Assembly (NCBI GenBank): GCA_016432345.1
Contig: CP066685.1
Location: 695,740 to 759,739 of the forward strand
Length of the DNA: 64,000 nt
Reading direction: 5' to 3'
From: Candidatus Levyibacteriota bacterium
GTDB taxonomy: Bacteria; Patescibacteriota; Microgenomatia; Levybacterales; UBA12049
The notes under the pieces were generated by a model. The model did no database searches. It saw only the letters and a program-made list of their open reading frames with translations, and had not been told where the DNA came from. The position numbers and the translations under genes were made by a program. This document shows positions 17,151 through 27,866 of this stretch, one piece after another (the first letter of the stretch is position 1; each line of letters begins with the position of its first letter).

Positions 17151-18293
17151 ATGAAAAAACAGATTTTTATTTTTGACACAACTTTAAGGGATGGCGAGCA
17201 AGTACCCGGCTGTCAGTTAAATACTATTGAAAAAATTCAGGTGGCAAAAGCCTTAGACGAGCTTGGAATTGACATTATCGAAGCGGGCTTTCCAATCTCC
17301 AGCCCAGGAGATTTAAAATCTATTATTGAACTTTCCAAAGTCGTAACTCGGCCTACCATTTGCTCCTTATCCCGCGCTATTAAAGAAGATATTGATGCGG
17401 CCGCAGAAAGTCTAAAATTTGCCAAGCATAAACGAATACACACATTTATAAGCTCTTCCGATGTACAAATTAAATATCAGTTTAAATCCACCCGCGAAAA
17501 AATTATGCAGCAAGGCATTGAGGCTGTAAAATATGCCAAAAAGTTTACCCAGGATGTGGAATTTTCGGCCATGGACGCAGGCCGATCTGACAACGCATTT
17601 TTAGCAAAATTTATCGAAAATACAATCAAAGCCGGAGCCACTACTGTTAACATTCCCGACACTACAGGTTATTGTTTACCCGATGAGTTTGGTGAAAAAA
17701 TTAAATACTTATTCGAAAATGTCAAGGGAATTGATAAAGTAATTGTCAGCGTCCACTGCCATAACGACCTAGGACTAGCTACCGCTAATACCATTGCCGC
17801 TGTCCAAAATGGCGCGCGGCAAATAGAAGTAACTGTCAATGGTGTAGGCGAGAGGGCAGGCAACACCTCGCTTGAAGAAGCAGTGATGATCTTAAAAACA
17901 AGAGTTGATTTAAACGCTACAACCAGCATTAATACCAAATTAATTTGTCAAACATCTCAACTTGTTTCCAAACTTATGCACATGCCTGTTCAGCCAAACA
18001 AAGCCATCGTTGGCAAAAATGCCTTTGCCCACTCGTCAGGTATCCATCAAAACGGCGTCTTAAAAAACCGATTTACCTACGAAATTATTAACCCGGAAGA
18101 TGTTGGTGCTAAATCTTCGCTTGTTCTTACAGCCAGATCAGGACGATCAGCTTTAAGGTACCATTTAGAACGCTTGGGTTACAAAAAACTTTCCCAAACC
18201 CAAATTAATAGTACTTATCAAAAATTTTTAATGCTGGCAGACCAGAAAAAAGATTTAGGCGACAATGATTTAAAATATCTAATGAGTAATTAA
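17151..18293 (+). CDS. leuA: 2-isopropylmalate synthase, short form without the C-terminal regulatory domain (LeuA/CimA family)
   Basis: [10 protein letters not shown] motif and a HxH metal-site region in a DRE-TIM barrel; only 380 aa. Confidence 0.8.
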   Translation: MKKQIFIFDTTLRDGEQVPGCQLNTIEKIQVAKALDELGIDIIEAGFPISSPGDLKSIIELSKVVTRPTICSLSRAIKEDIDAAAESLKFAKHKRIHTFISSSDVQIKYQFKSTREKIMQQGIEAVKYAKKFTQDVEFSAMDAGRSDNAFLAKFIENTIKAGATTVNIPDTTGYCLPDEFGEKIKYLFENVKGIDKVIVSVHCHNDLGLATANTIAAVQNGARQIEVTVNGVGERAGNTSLEEAVMILKTRVDLNATTSINTKLICQTSQLVSKLMHMPVQPNKAIVGKNAFAHSSGIHQNGVLKNRFTYEIINPEDVGAKSSLVLTARSGRSALRYHLERLGYKKLSQTQINSTYQKFLMLADQKKDLGDNDLKYLMSN

Positions 18294-18295
18294 AT

Positions 18296-19978
18296 ATGAA
18301 AAGAAGCGATGCCTTAACTAAAGGAATTAAACGCGCGCCTGCCAGGGCAATGCTGCGGGCAGTTGGGTTTACAGATAAAGATTTTGGGAAACCAATTATA
18401 ACTGTGGCCTGTCCTTATACCAATGCCACCCCCTGCAATGCCCATATCCAGGATTTAGGCAACATAGCCCTGTCTGAAATAGAAAAAAAGGGTGGCAAAG
18501 GATTTATTTTTGGTACCCCTGTTGTCACAGATGGCGAAACAATGGGCATGGAAGGCATGAAGTATTCTCTTGTTAGCCGCGAACTTATTGCCGATTGCAT
18601 CGAAACCATGCACGAAGCGTATTCAGCCGATGCTGCTTTTACACTATCAGGATGCGACAAAACTATCCCAGCAGCTCTTATGCCACTGGCACGAAATAAC
18701 AATGTTGGACTAACACTTTATGGCGGAACAATTCGCCCAGGAAAATATAAAGGCAAAGATTTAACTATTGTTAGTACCTTTGAAGCAGTAGGAAGTTATA
18801 TTGCTGGAAAAATATCAGATGACGAACTTCATCAAATAGAGTGTCATTCTTGTCCAGGCAACGGCGCTTGCGGAGGCATGTATACGGCCAATACCATGGC
18901 TTCGGCGATTGAGGCTTTAGGAATGAGTATTCCGGGCAGCGCATCCCACCCGGCAGTTGATAAGCATAATAAAATTTCAGTAAAAAAAGTACAAGATATT
19001 AAAAAATCAATAACCGCACTCTTTATGCTTCTGGAAAAGAATATCCGAGCGCGGGATATTATAACTAAAAAGGCCTTTGAAAACGCTATCACAGTTGTTT
19101 TGGCATTGGGCGGTTCCACAAATGCAGTACTTCATCTTATTGCTCTTGCTCATGAAGCAGAAATAAATCTAACAATTGACGATTTTACTCGCATTGGCAA
19201 AAAAATTCCTTTAATTGGCAATTTTAAACCCTTTGGCGACTATGTAATGGAAGATTTAGATAATATTGGCGGCGTACCAATGGTAATGAAAATGCTCCTT
19301 GATGCAGGACATCTATATGGAGATTGCCTAACAGTCACTGGAAAAACCGTGTCCGAAAATCTTAAAAATGCCCCAAAACGGGAAACCAACCAAAACGTTA
19401 TTTATAGTCTCGAAAAACCATTATCTCCTCCACAACATCATATTATTATTTTAAGAGGCAACCTTGCGCCTGATGGCGCAGTGTTAAAACTAAGCGGAAA
19501 AGAAATGAAGTTTCATTCTGGTCCTGCCCGGGTTTTTAACTGCGAAGAAGAAGCTTTGGACGCAATTCTGCAGGGAAAAATAAAAAAAGGCGATTGTGTT
19601 GTAATTCGCTACGAGGGGCCAAAAGGCGGCCCGGGCATGCGGGAAATGCTTTCGCCATCCAGCGCTTTAATGGGCGCGGGACTTGGCAAAGATGTAGCTT
19701 TAATTACCGATGGACGTTTTTCTGGCGGCACACACGGCATCATGGTTGGCCACATTGCGCCAGAAGCAGAAAGAGGCGGACCAATTGCAACTATAAAAGA
19801 GGGTGATACAATAACAATTGATCTTGCAAAACGGACAGTTGATGTCGAACTTTCGAATGTCGAAATTAAAAAACGGCTGACAAAATGGAAAGCGCCAAAA
19901 GCGCAATACACCAGGGGCGTTTTGGCAAAGTACGCAAAATTAGTCTCAAGCGCAAGTAAAGGAGCGGTAACATCATGA
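18296..19978 (+). CDS. ilvD: Dihydroxy-acid dehydratase
   Basis: [17 protein letters not shown] Fe-S cluster motif; 560 aa. Confidence 0.9.
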   Translation: MKRSDALTKGIKRAPARAMLRAVGFTDKDFGKPIITVACPYTNATPCNAHIQDLGNIALSEIEKKGGKGFIFGTPVVTDGETMGMEGMKYSLVSRELIADCIETMHEAYSADAAFTLSGCDKTIPAALMPLARNNNVGLTLYGGTIRPGKYKGKDLTIVSTFEAVGSYIAGKISDDELHQIECHSCPGNGACGGMYTANTMASAIEALGMSIPGSASHPAVDKHNKISVKKVQDIKKSITALFMLLEKNIRARDIITKKAFENAITVVLALGGSTNAVLHLIALAHEAEINLTIDDFTRIGKKIPLIGNFKPFGDYVMEDLDNIGGVPMVMKMLLDAGHLYGDCLTVTGKTVSENLKNAPKRETNQNVIYSLEKPLSPPQHHIIILRGNLAPDGAVLKLSGKEMKFHSGPARVFNCEEEALDAILQGKIKKGDCVVIRYEGPKGGPGMREMLSPSSALMGAGLGKDVALITDGRFSGGTHGIMVGHIAPEAERGGPIATIKEGDTITIDLAKRTVDVELSNVEIKKRLTKWKAPKAQYTRGVLAKYAKLVSSASKGAVTS

Positions 19979-20346
19979 AAATAATCAAAACCAAAAAAGC
20001 GCCAGCTGCGATCGGACCATACTCACAAGCAATTGTAGCAGGAGATTTTGTTTTCTGTTCTGGTCAGATTGGTATCAATCCAACAACAGGTAACCTGGTT
20101 GAAGGAATCGAAGACCAAACCAAACAAGTAATCACAAATCTTCAAGCAGTGCTCAAAGCCGCAAGGTTAGACCTTGCAAGTGTGGTAAAGACAACAGTAT
20201 TTCTCAAAAATATAAATGATTTTCCAAAGATGAACAATGTGTTTGCTTCTTTTTTCGACAAACATAAACCAACCCGCTCCACAATCGAAGCATCAAATCT
20301 CCCTAAAAATGCACTAGTCGAGATAGACGCGATAGCCCTCAAATGA
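19975..20346 (+). CDS. ridA: RidA (YjgF/TdcF) reactive enamine/imine deaminase
   Basis: 123 aa; [11 protein letters not shown]...FVSGQ-like signature; translationally coupled within the ilv-leu operon. Confidence 0.8.
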   Translation: MKIIKTKKAPAAIGPYSQAIVAGDFVFCSGQIGINPTTGNLVEGIEDQTKQVITNLQAVLKAARLDLASVVKTTVFLKNINDFPKMNNVFASFFDKHKPTRSTIEASNLPKNALVEIDAIALK

Positions 20347-21719
20347 AACCAAAAACACTATTTGAAAAAATTTGGGATAGCCACGTGGTGTATCAAAAAA
20401 AGAACTATCCTGATGTTTTATATATCGACGCCCACTTAATCCACGAAGTTACCAGCCCCCAAGCCTTTGATGGTCTACGCAAAAGAAATCTCCCGGTTTT
20501 TCGCAGCATTCGCACCTGGGCCACAGCCGACCACAATGTCCCAACCAAAAATCAAGACAAACCAATCAAAGAAATACTCTCAAGAAAACAAGTTGAAATG
20601 CTTACCAAAAATTGCAAAGAGTTTGGTATTCGCCTCTATGGCCTTGGCCATCCATATCAAGGCATCGTCCATATTATTGGCCCGGAGCTTGGCATTACCA
20701 AACCTGGAATGACGATAGTTTGTGGTGATAGCCACACTTCCACTCACGGCGCGTTTGGCAATATTTCTTTTGGCATTGGTACAAGTGAAGTCGAACAGGT
20801 TTTAGCGACCCAAACTATCTTGCAATACAAACCCAAAACTATGCTGATAACTGTTGATGGAAAGTTAAAAAAAGGTGTTGTTGCAAAAGATATTATTCTT
20901 TACATTATTTCAAAAATATCAACAAGCGGCGCAACAGGCTACTTTGTTGAGTATGCCGGGTCAACCATTCAAAATCTTTCCATGGAAGCCAGAATGACTA
21001 TCTGCAACATGAGTATCGAAATAGGAGCCCGAGGTGGCCTAATTGCGCCAGATAAAACAACATTTGCCTACATGAAAAACCGAAAGTTTATGCCAAAAAA
21101 CAAAGAATGGGATAAAATAATCGCATATTGGAAAACCTTACCATCCGACAAAGACGCTATATACGACAAAGAGCTACATTTCGATGCAACAGACATAGAA
21201 CCAATGATTACCTATGGCACCAATCCCGGCATGGGAGTAAAAATCACAGAAAAAATCCCAAACGTTCCAACAGCCGAAAAAGCCCTTACCTATATGAATT
21301 TAAAAGCTGGAACTCCCATGATTGGATTAAAGATAGATTATGTTTTCTTGGGAAGCTGTACGAATTCCAGGATTGAAGACCTGCGTTTAGTTGCCAGTAT
21401 TGTTAAGGGGAAAAAGAAAGCAAAAAATGTTGATGTTTTTGTTATCCCAGGTTCCAAGCAAGTAGAAAAACAGGCCAAAAAAGAGGGGATAGATAAAACT
21501 CTTAAAAATGCTGGTTTCGAACTAAGGGAACCAGGATGTTCGGCCTGTTTGGGAATGAATGAAGACAAAATTCCTGCTGGAAAATACTGCATCTCAACAT
21601 CAAATCGCAACTTTGAAGGCCGCCAAGGCCCAGGTGCCAGAACTTTTTTAGCAAGTCCACTAACAGCCGCGGCGGCGGCAATTACAGGTAGAATTACAGA
21701 TGTCAGAACAATATTATGA
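20343..21719 (+). CDS. leuC: 3-isopropylmalate dehydratase large subunit
   Basis: Aconitase-family motifs ([21 protein letters not shown]); 458 aa. Confidence 0.9.
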   Translation: MKPKTLFEKIWDSHVVYQKKNYPDVLYIDAHLIHEVTSPQAFDGLRKRNLPVFRSIRTWATADHNVPTKNQDKPIKEILSRKQVEMLTKNCKEFGIRLYGLGHPYQGIVHIIGPELGITKPGMTIVCGDSHTSTHGAFGNISFGIGTSEVEQVLATQTILQYKPKTMLITVDGKLKKGVVAKDIILYIISKISTSGATGYFVEYAGSTIQNLSMEARMTICNMSIEIGARGGLIAPDKTTFAYMKNRKFMPKNKEWDKIIAYWKTLPSDKDAIYDKELHFDATDIEPMITYGTNPGMGVKITEKIPNVPTAEKALTYMNLKAGTPMIGLKIDYVFLGSCTNSRIEDLRLVASIVKGKKKAKNVDVFVIPGSKQVEKQAKKEGIDKTLKNAGFELREPGCSACLGMNEDKIPAGKYCISTSNRNFEGRQGPGARTFLASPLTAAAAAITGRITDVRTIL

Positions 21720-22282
21720 AAACTATAATTTCAACCTGCGTACCATTACCAATAGAAAATATTGACACCGACCAAATTATTCCGGCCAGGTTTCTTAAAG
21801 CCACAACCCGAGAAGGTTTTGGTGAAAACTTATTTCGGGACTGGCGCGCAAAGGATAATTTTGTTCTTAACAATCCAGCATACTTTGGCAAAATTTTAGT
21901 TGCCGGGAAAAATTTTGGCTGCGGCTCCAGCCGCGAACACGCCGCCTGGGCTATAAAAGATTATGGCTTTAAAGCTGTAGTTTCCAGCTTTTTTGCGGAC
22001 ATATTTAAAAACAACGCACTCAACAACAACCTTCTTCCAGTCCAAATCAGCGAATCATTCCTGCAAAAACTTTTTAAAGCAATAGAAAAAGATCCAAAAA
22101 CAAAAGCAACTATTGACCTTGAAAAACAAATCATATCTTTTAACTCTCAAAAAGAAAAGTTTGATATTAACCCATATAAAAAAACGTGCTTAATATATGG
22201 ATATAACGATATAGAATACCTTTTGTCAATAAAAGACAAAATTAAAGAGTATGAGAAAAACAATAGCAATTTTGCCAGGTGA
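21716..22282 (+). CDS. leuD: 3-isopropylmalate dehydratase small subunit
   Basis: 188-aa aconitase swivel domain ([13 protein letters not shown]); overlaps leuC by 4 nt. Confidence 0.85.
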   Translation: MKTIISTCVPLPIENIDTDQIIPARFLKATTREGFGENLFRDWRAKDNFVLNNPAYFGKILVAGKNFGCGSSREHAAWAIKDYGFKAVVSSFFADIFKNNALNNNLLPVQISESFLQKLFKAIEKDPKTKATIDLEKQIISFNSQKEKFDINPYKKTCLIYGYNDIEYLLSIKDKIKEYEKNNSNFAR

Positions 22283-23306
22283 TGGGATAGGCCCAGAAAT
22301 TATAGAACAAGCAATAAAAGTGCTCAAAATTGTGGGTACAAAATTTAATCACGAATTTGTGTTCGAATATGGACTAATAGGTGCTATAGCAATAGATAAA
22401 ACTGGAAACCCTTTACCAAATGAAACGCTTAAACTATGTAAGTCAACAGACGCTATTTTATTCGGCGCAATCGGCGATCCAAAATACGACAATGATCCAA
22501 GCGCAAAAATTAGACCCGAACAAGGGCTTTTAAAACTTCGAAAATCCCTAGACCTTTATGTCAACGTCCGCCCAATTCGGGTATTTGAAAAACTAAAAAG
22601 CAAATCTCCTTTGAAAGGAGAAATTTTAGAAGGTGTTGATTTTGTGGTAGTACGAGAACTTATAGGAGGGATTTATTTTGGAAAGCGGGGAAGAAGAAAA
22701 AACGGAACAGTAGCCTACGATACCTCCACATATTCAAAAGCAGAAATTGAAAGAGTAGCAAAATTCGCCTTTGAGCTTGTGCTGACTCGGAAGAAACATA
22801 TCACAGTTGTTGATAAAGCCAATGTATTGGAAACTTCGCGCCTTTGGAGAGAAACAATTCAAGAACAATCGAAACAATATAACAATGTAACAATCGAATT
22901 CATGTTTGTCGACAACGCGGCAATGCAGATTATTAAAAAACCAAGTAGTTTCGATGTAATTTTAACCGAAAATATGTTTGGAGACATTCTCACGGATGAA
23001 GCCTCGGTCATCACTGGTTCAATTGGTATGTTGCCCTCTGCATCAATCGGCGCAAAAACCTCGCTGTATGAACCAATTCATGGCTCATATCCAAAAGCCA
23101 AAGGATTAAATACTGCAAATCCTATTGGGACAATCCTTTCTGCAGCAATGATGCTCGAATATAGTTTTGGACTTATAAAAGAAGCAAAATCAATAGAAAA
23201 CGCCGTCGAAAAAGCAATCAATCTTGGTTTCGGCACAAAAGACATCGTTTCAAATAATCCACTTGGTACTTCAGAACTAGGCACCAAAATCGCATCTTTG
23301 ATATAA
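22251..23306 (+). CDS. leuB: 3-isopropylmalate dehydrogenase
   Basis: [12 protein letters not shown]-terminus and [12 protein letters not shown] motif; 351 aa. Confidence 0.9.
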   Translation: MRKTIAILPGDGIGPEIIEQAIKVLKIVGTKFNHEFVFEYGLIGAIAIDKTGNPLPNETLKLCKSTDAILFGAIGDPKYDNDPSAKIRPEQGLLKLRKSLDLYVNVRPIRVFEKLKSKSPLKGEILEGVDFVVVRELIGGIYFGKRGRRKNGTVAYDTSTYSKAEIERVAKFAFELVLTRKKHITVVDKANVLETSRLWRETIQEQSKQYNNVTIEFMFVDNAAMQIIKKPSSFDVILTENMFGDILTDEASVITGSIGMLPSASIGAKTSLYEPIHGSYPKAKGLNTANPIGTILSAAMMLEYSFGLIKEAKSIENAVEKAINLGFGTKDIVSNNPLGTSELGTKIASLI

Positions 23307-23497
23307 TAGATGTTAATGAACAGCCGAGTATTTACCCCAGATGAGGTTGCCAAAAACACCACTGAGGGAAAATTCTATTCTGTTTTTCAAGAAAAATAAT
23401 AAACATTACATCCTTCGCTGACAAAAATCTTCTTAAACACCAAAGCTACTGTAATTGTCTTTATCTAGCCAATTTGCTACAATAAATTAACTTTTTT

Positions 23498-23571
23498 GGG
23501 CGCATAGCTCAGTTGGTTAGAGCGTTACATTGACATTGTAAAGGTCTCAGGTTCGAATCCTGATGCGCCCA
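23498..23571 (+). tRNA. tRNA-Val (anticodon GAC)
   Basis: GGGCGCA-TAGCTCAGTTGGTTAGAGC...TTACA-TTGACAT-TGTAA...GGTTCGAATCC...TGCGCCC-A. Confidence 0.85.
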
Positions 23572-23659
23572 CAAGTGATCTAATTGGATTATAAAAAGAC
23601 CCAGTTGACACCCACGAAATTACTTTTGCTAGACTACTTATCACTCTATTTATCACTCT

Positions 23660-23998
23660 ATGAAAAAAGCAAAAACCAGTCCTCAAAACGAGAATCTCAC
23701 AGATATTCTTAAACTTCTTACCAAAAGAATCGAAGAAGTAGCTGTTGATGTATACGGAATAAAAGGGAGCATAGCAAGAATTGATCTTAAAGTGCATGCT
23801 ATAGACATGAATACCAAATTAACAAAATCGGACGTAGAAAGATTAAGTAAAGAAGTAAAAAAGGTTGAAAAAAGAATTATTAACGAAGTTGGAAAATTCA
23901 TTGATCAAGCTATTCTTCCACAACTCGATGATAAAGCCGATAAAAAAGATGTAGAACGATTGGAAGGAAAACTCGACAGTCTTTTACACGCAAATTAA
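23660..23998 (+). CDS. Hypothetical coiled-coil protein
   Basis: 112-aa Lys/Glu-rich ORF with heptad character and no identifiable motif. Confidence 0.35.
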   Translation: MKKAKTSPQNENLTDILKLLTKRIEEVAVDVYGIKGSIARIDLKVHAIDMNTKLTKSDVERLSKEVKKVEKRIINEVGKFIDQAILPQLDDKADKKDVERLEGKLDSLLHAN

Positions 23999-24003
23999 TT
24001 TGA

Positions 24004-24032
24004 TTGACAATAATAAATTTGTCTGCTAGTAT
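24004..24032 (+). promoter_or_regulatory. Sigma70-like promoter TTGACA-17 nt-TAGTAT, 7 nt upstream of the ilvA leader ATG
   Basis: -35 at 24004-24009, -10 at 24027-24032; leader ATG at 24040. Confidence 0.4.
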
Positions 24033-24039
24033 ACATACA

Positions 24040-24084
24040 ATGAATAAAAATCAAATTATCACAATTACCACCATTCCTTCCTAA
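24040..24084 (+). CDS. Putative ilvA leader peptide (14 aa: MNKNQIITITTIPS), 4 Ile and 4 Thr
   Basis: Short ORF whose stop codon is immediately followed by GGGAGGTG, the first arm of the alternative structures. Confidence 0.55.
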   Translation: MNKNQIITITTIPS

Positions 24085-24108
24085 GGGAGGTGTGTTTTTG
24101 TAAGAAAT

Positions 24109-24136
24109 ACCTCCCATAAAGGGAGGTTTTTTATTT
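24109..24136 (+). terminator. Attenuator terminator: ACCTCCC-ataaa-GGGAGGT plus U-run, 5 nt before the ilvA ATG
   Basis: 7-bp stem followed by TTTTTATTTT. The upstream GGGAGGTG (24085-24092) can pair with ACCTCCC as the antiterminator. Confidence 0.55.
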
Positions 24137-24141
24137 TAACC

Positions 24142-25392
24142 ATGAACAATACTGTTACAATTAAAACAATCGAAGAGGCTTCTAAACGAATCAATGGCAT
24201 AGCCAAAAATACACCACTGCAGCATGCCAAAAGACTTTCCGAACTTTTTGAAGCCACCATCTTTTTAAAACGCGAAGACCTTCAACGAGTGCGTTCTTAC
24301 AAAATTCGAGGCTCCTATAATCTGATGAAGTCGCTTTTGGACAAGGAAAAAGCAAACGGCGTTGTCTGCGCCAGCGCGGGCAACCACGCGCAAGGAGTAG
24401 CCTACAGCGCGGCAGCGCTTAAAATACATGCCGACATTTTTATGCCGGTTAAAACACCGCTGCAGAAAATAAACCGAGTCAAGCATTTCGGAGGAGCATG
24501 GATAAAAATCCACCTGGTTGGCAATACCTATGATGAAAGTTATAAAGAGGCTTTAAAGTATTGCAAAGATAAAAAAGCCACCCTTGTTCATCCCTTCGAT
24601 GATCCTCGCGTAATATCGGGAGCAGGCACCATTGCCAAAGAAATTTACGACGAGTTAGGCCAAAATATTGACTATATAATTTGTACAATTGGCGGAGGAG
24701 GATTAATTTCTGGAGTGGGAACATATCTTACTCAAAAAATAAAAAAAATAAAGGTGATAGGAACAGAACCAAAGGGAGCGCCAAGTATGTACGAGGCATT
24801 AAAAAAAAGAAAAGTTATTACACTCGATGCTATCGATACCTTTGTCGATGGGGCGGCAGTAAAAACAGTAGGCCAAAAAACATTTGATATTGCAAAAACT
24901 GTAGTAAGTGAGATTATTTTAGTTCCAGAAGGCAAAGTTTGCACTACTATGATTGATCTTTATCAAAATGAAGGGATTGTCGCAGAACCAGCAGGCGCGC
25001 TTTCGATCTCTGCTCTTGACTTTATGGCAGAAAAAATAAAAGGAAAAACTGTTGTTTGCATTTTAAGCGGCGGCAATAACGACATTTTAAGATACCCAGA
25101 AATTATGGAAAGAAGTCTTATATATCTTGGAAGAAAACACTATTTTCTTATTGAGTTTGCGCAAAAACCTGGACAGCTTAGACAGTTTGTGGATAAGGCG
25201 CTTGGTCCAACCGATGACATTGTGCGCTTTGAATACATCAAAAAAAGCGCCAAAGAAACAGGTCCGGCATTGGTTGGCATCGAGCAGGAAAAAAAAGAAG
25301 ATTACGATAAACTCATACACCAAATGAATAACTTTGGTATTATATACAAAATAATAACTTCTAATGATCTTATCTATAATTATCTTATATAA
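24142..25392 (+). CDS. ilvA: Biosynthetic threonine dehydratase (threonine ammonia-lyase) with a C-terminal regulatory domain
   Basis: PLP-lysine motif (KREDLQRVRSYKIRGSYN), glycine-rich loop (GNHAQG, GGGGLISG), ACT-like C-terminal domain; 416 aa. Confidence 0.85.
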   Translation: MNNTVTIKTIEEASKRINGIAKNTPLQHAKRLSELFEATIFLKREDLQRVRSYKIRGSYNLMKSLLDKEKANGVVCASAGNHAQGVAYSAAALKIHADIFMPVKTPLQKINRVKHFGGAWIKIHLVGNTYDESYKEALKYCKDKKATLVHPFDDPRVISGAGTIAKEIYDELGQNIDYIICTIGGGGLISGVGTYLTQKIKKIKVIGTEPKGAPSMYEALKKRKVITLDAIDTFVDGAAVKTVGQKTFDIAKTVVSEIILVPEGKVCTTMIDLYQNEGIVAEPAGALSISALDFMAEKIKGKTVVCILSGGNNDILRYPEIMERSLIYLGRKHYFLIEFAQKPGQLRQFVDKALGPTDDIVRFEYIKKSAKETGPALVGIEQEKKEDYDKLIHQMNNFGIIYKIITSNDLIYNYLI

Positions 25393-25432
25393 AAGCTTTG
25401 CATAGCGGTATTTTTTTGCTATAGTAATAACC

Positions 25433-26671
25433 ATGAAGGATACAAAAAATCTAAAAGATCACAAGCAAATTGGCCAAGAGCTTGAATTATTTTTTACTCA
25501 TGACATAGCTCCTGGCGCTCCATTTTGGCTTCCTCGCGGCCTGATTATCTTTAAACAACTTGAAAAATATATTAGAGAACTAACAGAAAATGCCGGATAT
25601 TTAGAAACATCAACCCCCATAATGGTAAAATCTGAGCTGTTTAAGCAATCTGGACACTGGGAAAAATTTGGCGCGCATAATATGTATAATTTACAACTTT
25701 CAGATGAAAATGATGATTCTAAACCAGTTAGTTATTCCCTAAAACCAATGAACTGTCCCGAATCAACCATAATTTATAGATTTAGACCCAGATCGTATAG
25801 AGAATTACCCTTAAGACTGTCCGAAATTGGCAGGCTTCATAGAAGAGAAAAATCAGGGGAAGTAAACGGACTGCTTCGAGTTAGACAGTTAACTATGGAC
25901 GATGCGCATATTTATGCTACTGAAGAGCAAATTTTTGATGAGGTTTCTAATATTTTGGACATGATGATACATTTTTACGAAAGTTTTGGTTTTGAGTATG
26001 AATTCCGATTTGCCACCAGACCAGAATCCAGAGCAGGAAATGATAAAATGTGGGACAAAGCGGAAAACGCGCTATATCAAGCTTTAAAAAAGAAAAAAAT
26101 TAAAGCAGGGGACAAAATGGGAGACGGAGCATTTTATGGACCAAAAATAGACTTGCACATTAAAGATTCCCAAAAAAGAGAATGGCAACTTGCAACAGTT
26201 CAACTGGACTTCCACCAACCAGAAGCGTTTAATTTAAAATATATAGATGAAAATGGCGAGTCGCAAAGACCTGTTATGATTCACAGGGCAATCTTTGGTT
26301 CATTTGAAAGATTTATTGGTATTCTAACAGAACACTATCAAGGTAAATTTCCGCTGTGGCTTTCTCCTGTGCAAATAATACTTGTTCCAATTGCTGATCG
26401 ACACAAAGAGAAGGCAGAAAAAATCTTCAAAAAGTTACAAAATGAAGGTATTAGAGTAGAAATTGATGATCGAAAAGAGACGATGCAATCTAAAATTAGA
26501 GATGCCACTTTACAAAAAGTGCCATATATGGGTATAATAGGAGATAAAGAAACCGAAAAATCGGGCGAGTTTCTTTTGTCTGTAAGAACACGAGAGGGAA
26601 AAGATCTAGGACAATTAGCTTTCCCAATGTTTTTACAAAGGGTAAAAGAAGAAATTGATACGAAGGTTTAA
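25433..26671 (+). CDS. thrS: Threonine--tRNA ligase, catalytic core plus anticodon-binding domain only (no TGS or N2 editing domains)
   Basis: Starts directly at the DHKQIGQELELFF motif (canonical DHRKLGxELDLF, which normally lies about 240 aa into ThrRS); class II motifs and the C-terminal anticodon-binding domain are present. Sits in the conserved thrS-infC-rpmI-rplT order. Confidence 0.8.
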   Translation: MKDTKNLKDHKQIGQELELFFTHDIAPGAPFWLPRGLIIFKQLEKYIRELTENAGYLETSTPIMVKSELFKQSGHWEKFGAHNMYNLQLSDENDDSKPVSYSLKPMNCPESTIIYRFRPRSYRELPLRLSEIGRLHRREKSGEVNGLLRVRQLTMDDAHIYATEEQIFDEVSNILDMMIHFYESFGFEYEFRFATRPESRAGNDKMWDKAENALYQALKKKKIKAGDKMGDGAFYGPKIDLHIKDSQKREWQLATVQLDFHQPEAFNLKYIDENGESQRPVMIHRAIFGSFERFIGILTEHYQGKFPLWLSPVQIILVPIADRHKEKAEKIFKKLQNEGIRVEIDDRKETMQSKIRDATLQKVPYMGIIGDKETEKSGEFLLSVRTREGKDLGQLAFPMFLQRVKEEIDTKV

Positions 26672-27245
26672 AAAACATAATCAAAGACAACAAGTATTCA
26701 GGATAAACGAACGCATCTTTGCTGTAAGTCTTCGCGTTTTAGATAGTGAAGGAAAACAAATAGGCATACTAAATCGTTTTGAAGCACTACAAAAGGCCAG
26801 AAATGCAGGACTAGATTTAGTAGAGATTGCACCAAGCGCAAAACCGCCTGTTGCTAAAATAGTTGATTTTAAAAAATTTTTATATCAAGAGGCGAAAAAG
26901 AAAAAGGAAGAGAAGAAAAAAGCCAAGGTGCCTGAAACCAAAGAAATTAGGTTAGGGCCTTTTATGAATAACCATGACTTAGATGTTATGGTAAGACGAG
27001 CACGAACGTTTTTGGAAAATGGAGATAAAGTAAAATTAGTTGTTAAATTTGTCGGAAGACAAATAACACATCCTGAGTTTGGAAAAGACATAACAAAAAA
27101 ATCAATTGATCATCTTTCTGATATATCAAAAATTGAAAGAGAGATGAAATTTGAAGGAAAAAATTTAATAACAATACTATCGCCAGAAAAGAAAAGAAAT
27201 AAACATGAAGAAGAAAACACGAAAGTCAGCCTTAAAACGGTTTAA
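26655..27245 (+). CDS. infC: Translation initiation factor IF-3
   Basis: RINERI...LRVLD N-domain and C-domain; the in-frame start is non-ATG (TTG at 26655), as is typical for infC; overlaps the thrS end. Confidence 0.8.
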   Translation: MIRRFKKHNQRQQVFRINERIFAVSLRVLDSEGKQIGILNRFEALQKARNAGLDLVEIAPSAKPPVAKIVDFKKFLYQEAKKKKEEKKKAKVPETKEIRLGPFMNNHDLDVMVRRARTFLENGDKVKLVVKFVGRQITHPEFGKDITKKSIDHLSDISKIEREMKFEGKNLITILSPEKKRNKHEEENTKVSLKTV

Positions 27246-27393
27246 AATAACGAAAAAAGGAAAAGTTATGTTTTCCCATCAGTATACTGGGCACTTAATG
27301 CGTAAAAAGGGCGCAAAAAGACAACGTAGACAAAAAGAACCAGGACAGCTTAGTGGCGCATTTGCTAAAAGACTAACAAAAATTCTTGAGTAA
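27205..27393 (+). CDS. rpmI: 50S ribosomal protein L35
   Basis: 62-aa basic protein with KTRKSALKRFKITKKGK; position between infC and rplT. Confidence 0.8.
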   Translation: MKKKTRKSALKRFKITKKGKVMFSHQYTGHLMRKKGAKRQRRQKEPGQLSGAFAKRLTKILE

Positions 27394-27395
27394 TT

Positions 27396-27743
27396 ATGAG
27401 AGTAAAACGAGGTACAGTTTCTAGACGAAAACATAACAAACTTCATTCTCTTACCAAGGGATATAGAGGTACCAAAAGCCGCCTTACAAAGGTGGCAAAA
27501 GAAGCAATCCTTCATGCGGGCGCGTACGCGTTTCATGGAAGAAAACTTCGCAAACGAGACATACGCCAACTTTGGATTACACGTATTGGCGAAGCATCCA
27601 AACAGATGGGAATTTCTTACAGTGTTTTTATGAATAAGTTAAAAAAAGCAAATATTTTACTTGACAGAAAAATTCTAAGCGAACTTGTTGTAAATGATAC
27701 TGCTGCTTTTAAACAAGTAATTGACTCTGTTAAAAATATCTGA
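27396..27743 (+). CDS. rplT: 50S ribosomal protein L20
   Basis: MRVKRGTVSRRKHNK... canonical L20 N-terminus; 115 aa. Confidence 0.9.
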   Translation: MRVKRGTVSRRKHNKLHSLTKGYRGTKSRLTKVAKEAILHAGAYAFHGRKLRKRDIRQLWITRIGEASKQMGISYSVFMNKLKKANILLDRKILSELVVNDTAAFKQVIDSVKNI

Positions 27744-27749
27744 TAAGAT
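27721..27749 (+). promoter_or_regulatory. Sigma70-like promoter TTGACT-17 nt-TAAGAT overlapping the rplT 3' end, 10 nt upstream of the aromatic leader ATG
   Basis: -35 at 27721-27726, -10 at 27744-27749. Confidence 0.35.
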
Positions 27750-27759
27750 CAATCTACCA

Positions 27760-27813
27760 ATGAAACAATTCAACAATAGAAAAATTACTTTTTGGTTTTA
27801 TTTTACCTCCTAA
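27760..27813 (+). CDS. Putative aromatic leader peptide (17 aa: MKQFNNRKITFWFYFTS), with Phe-Trp-Phe-Tyr-Phe in 6 consecutive codons
   Basis: Short ORF directly followed by AGCGGGGA and a strong terminator before the DAHP synthase gene. Confidence 0.6.
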   Translation: MKQFNNRKITFWFYFTS

Positions 27814-27843
27814 AGCGGGGACTATTTGCGTGTTGCAAATAAG

Positions 27844-27866
27844 ATCCCCCAAAGGGGGATTTTTTG
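27844..27866 (+). terminator. Attenuator terminator: ATCCCCC-aaa-GGGGGAT plus TTTTT, 5 nt before the DAHP synthase ATG
   Basis: 7-bp stem (5 consecutive G-C pairs), 3-nt loop, U-run. The upstream GCGGGGA (27815-27821) can pair with TCCCCC as the antiterminator. Confidence 0.6.

Noticed and set aside
18415-19911. Multiple 60-100-aa ORFs on both strands
   Set aside because: Embedded within ilvD, whose frame is supported by full-length homology.
23525-23797. 90-aa minus-strand ORF
   Set aside because: Overlaps tRNA-Val(GAC) and is antisense to the 23660 ORF; no motif.
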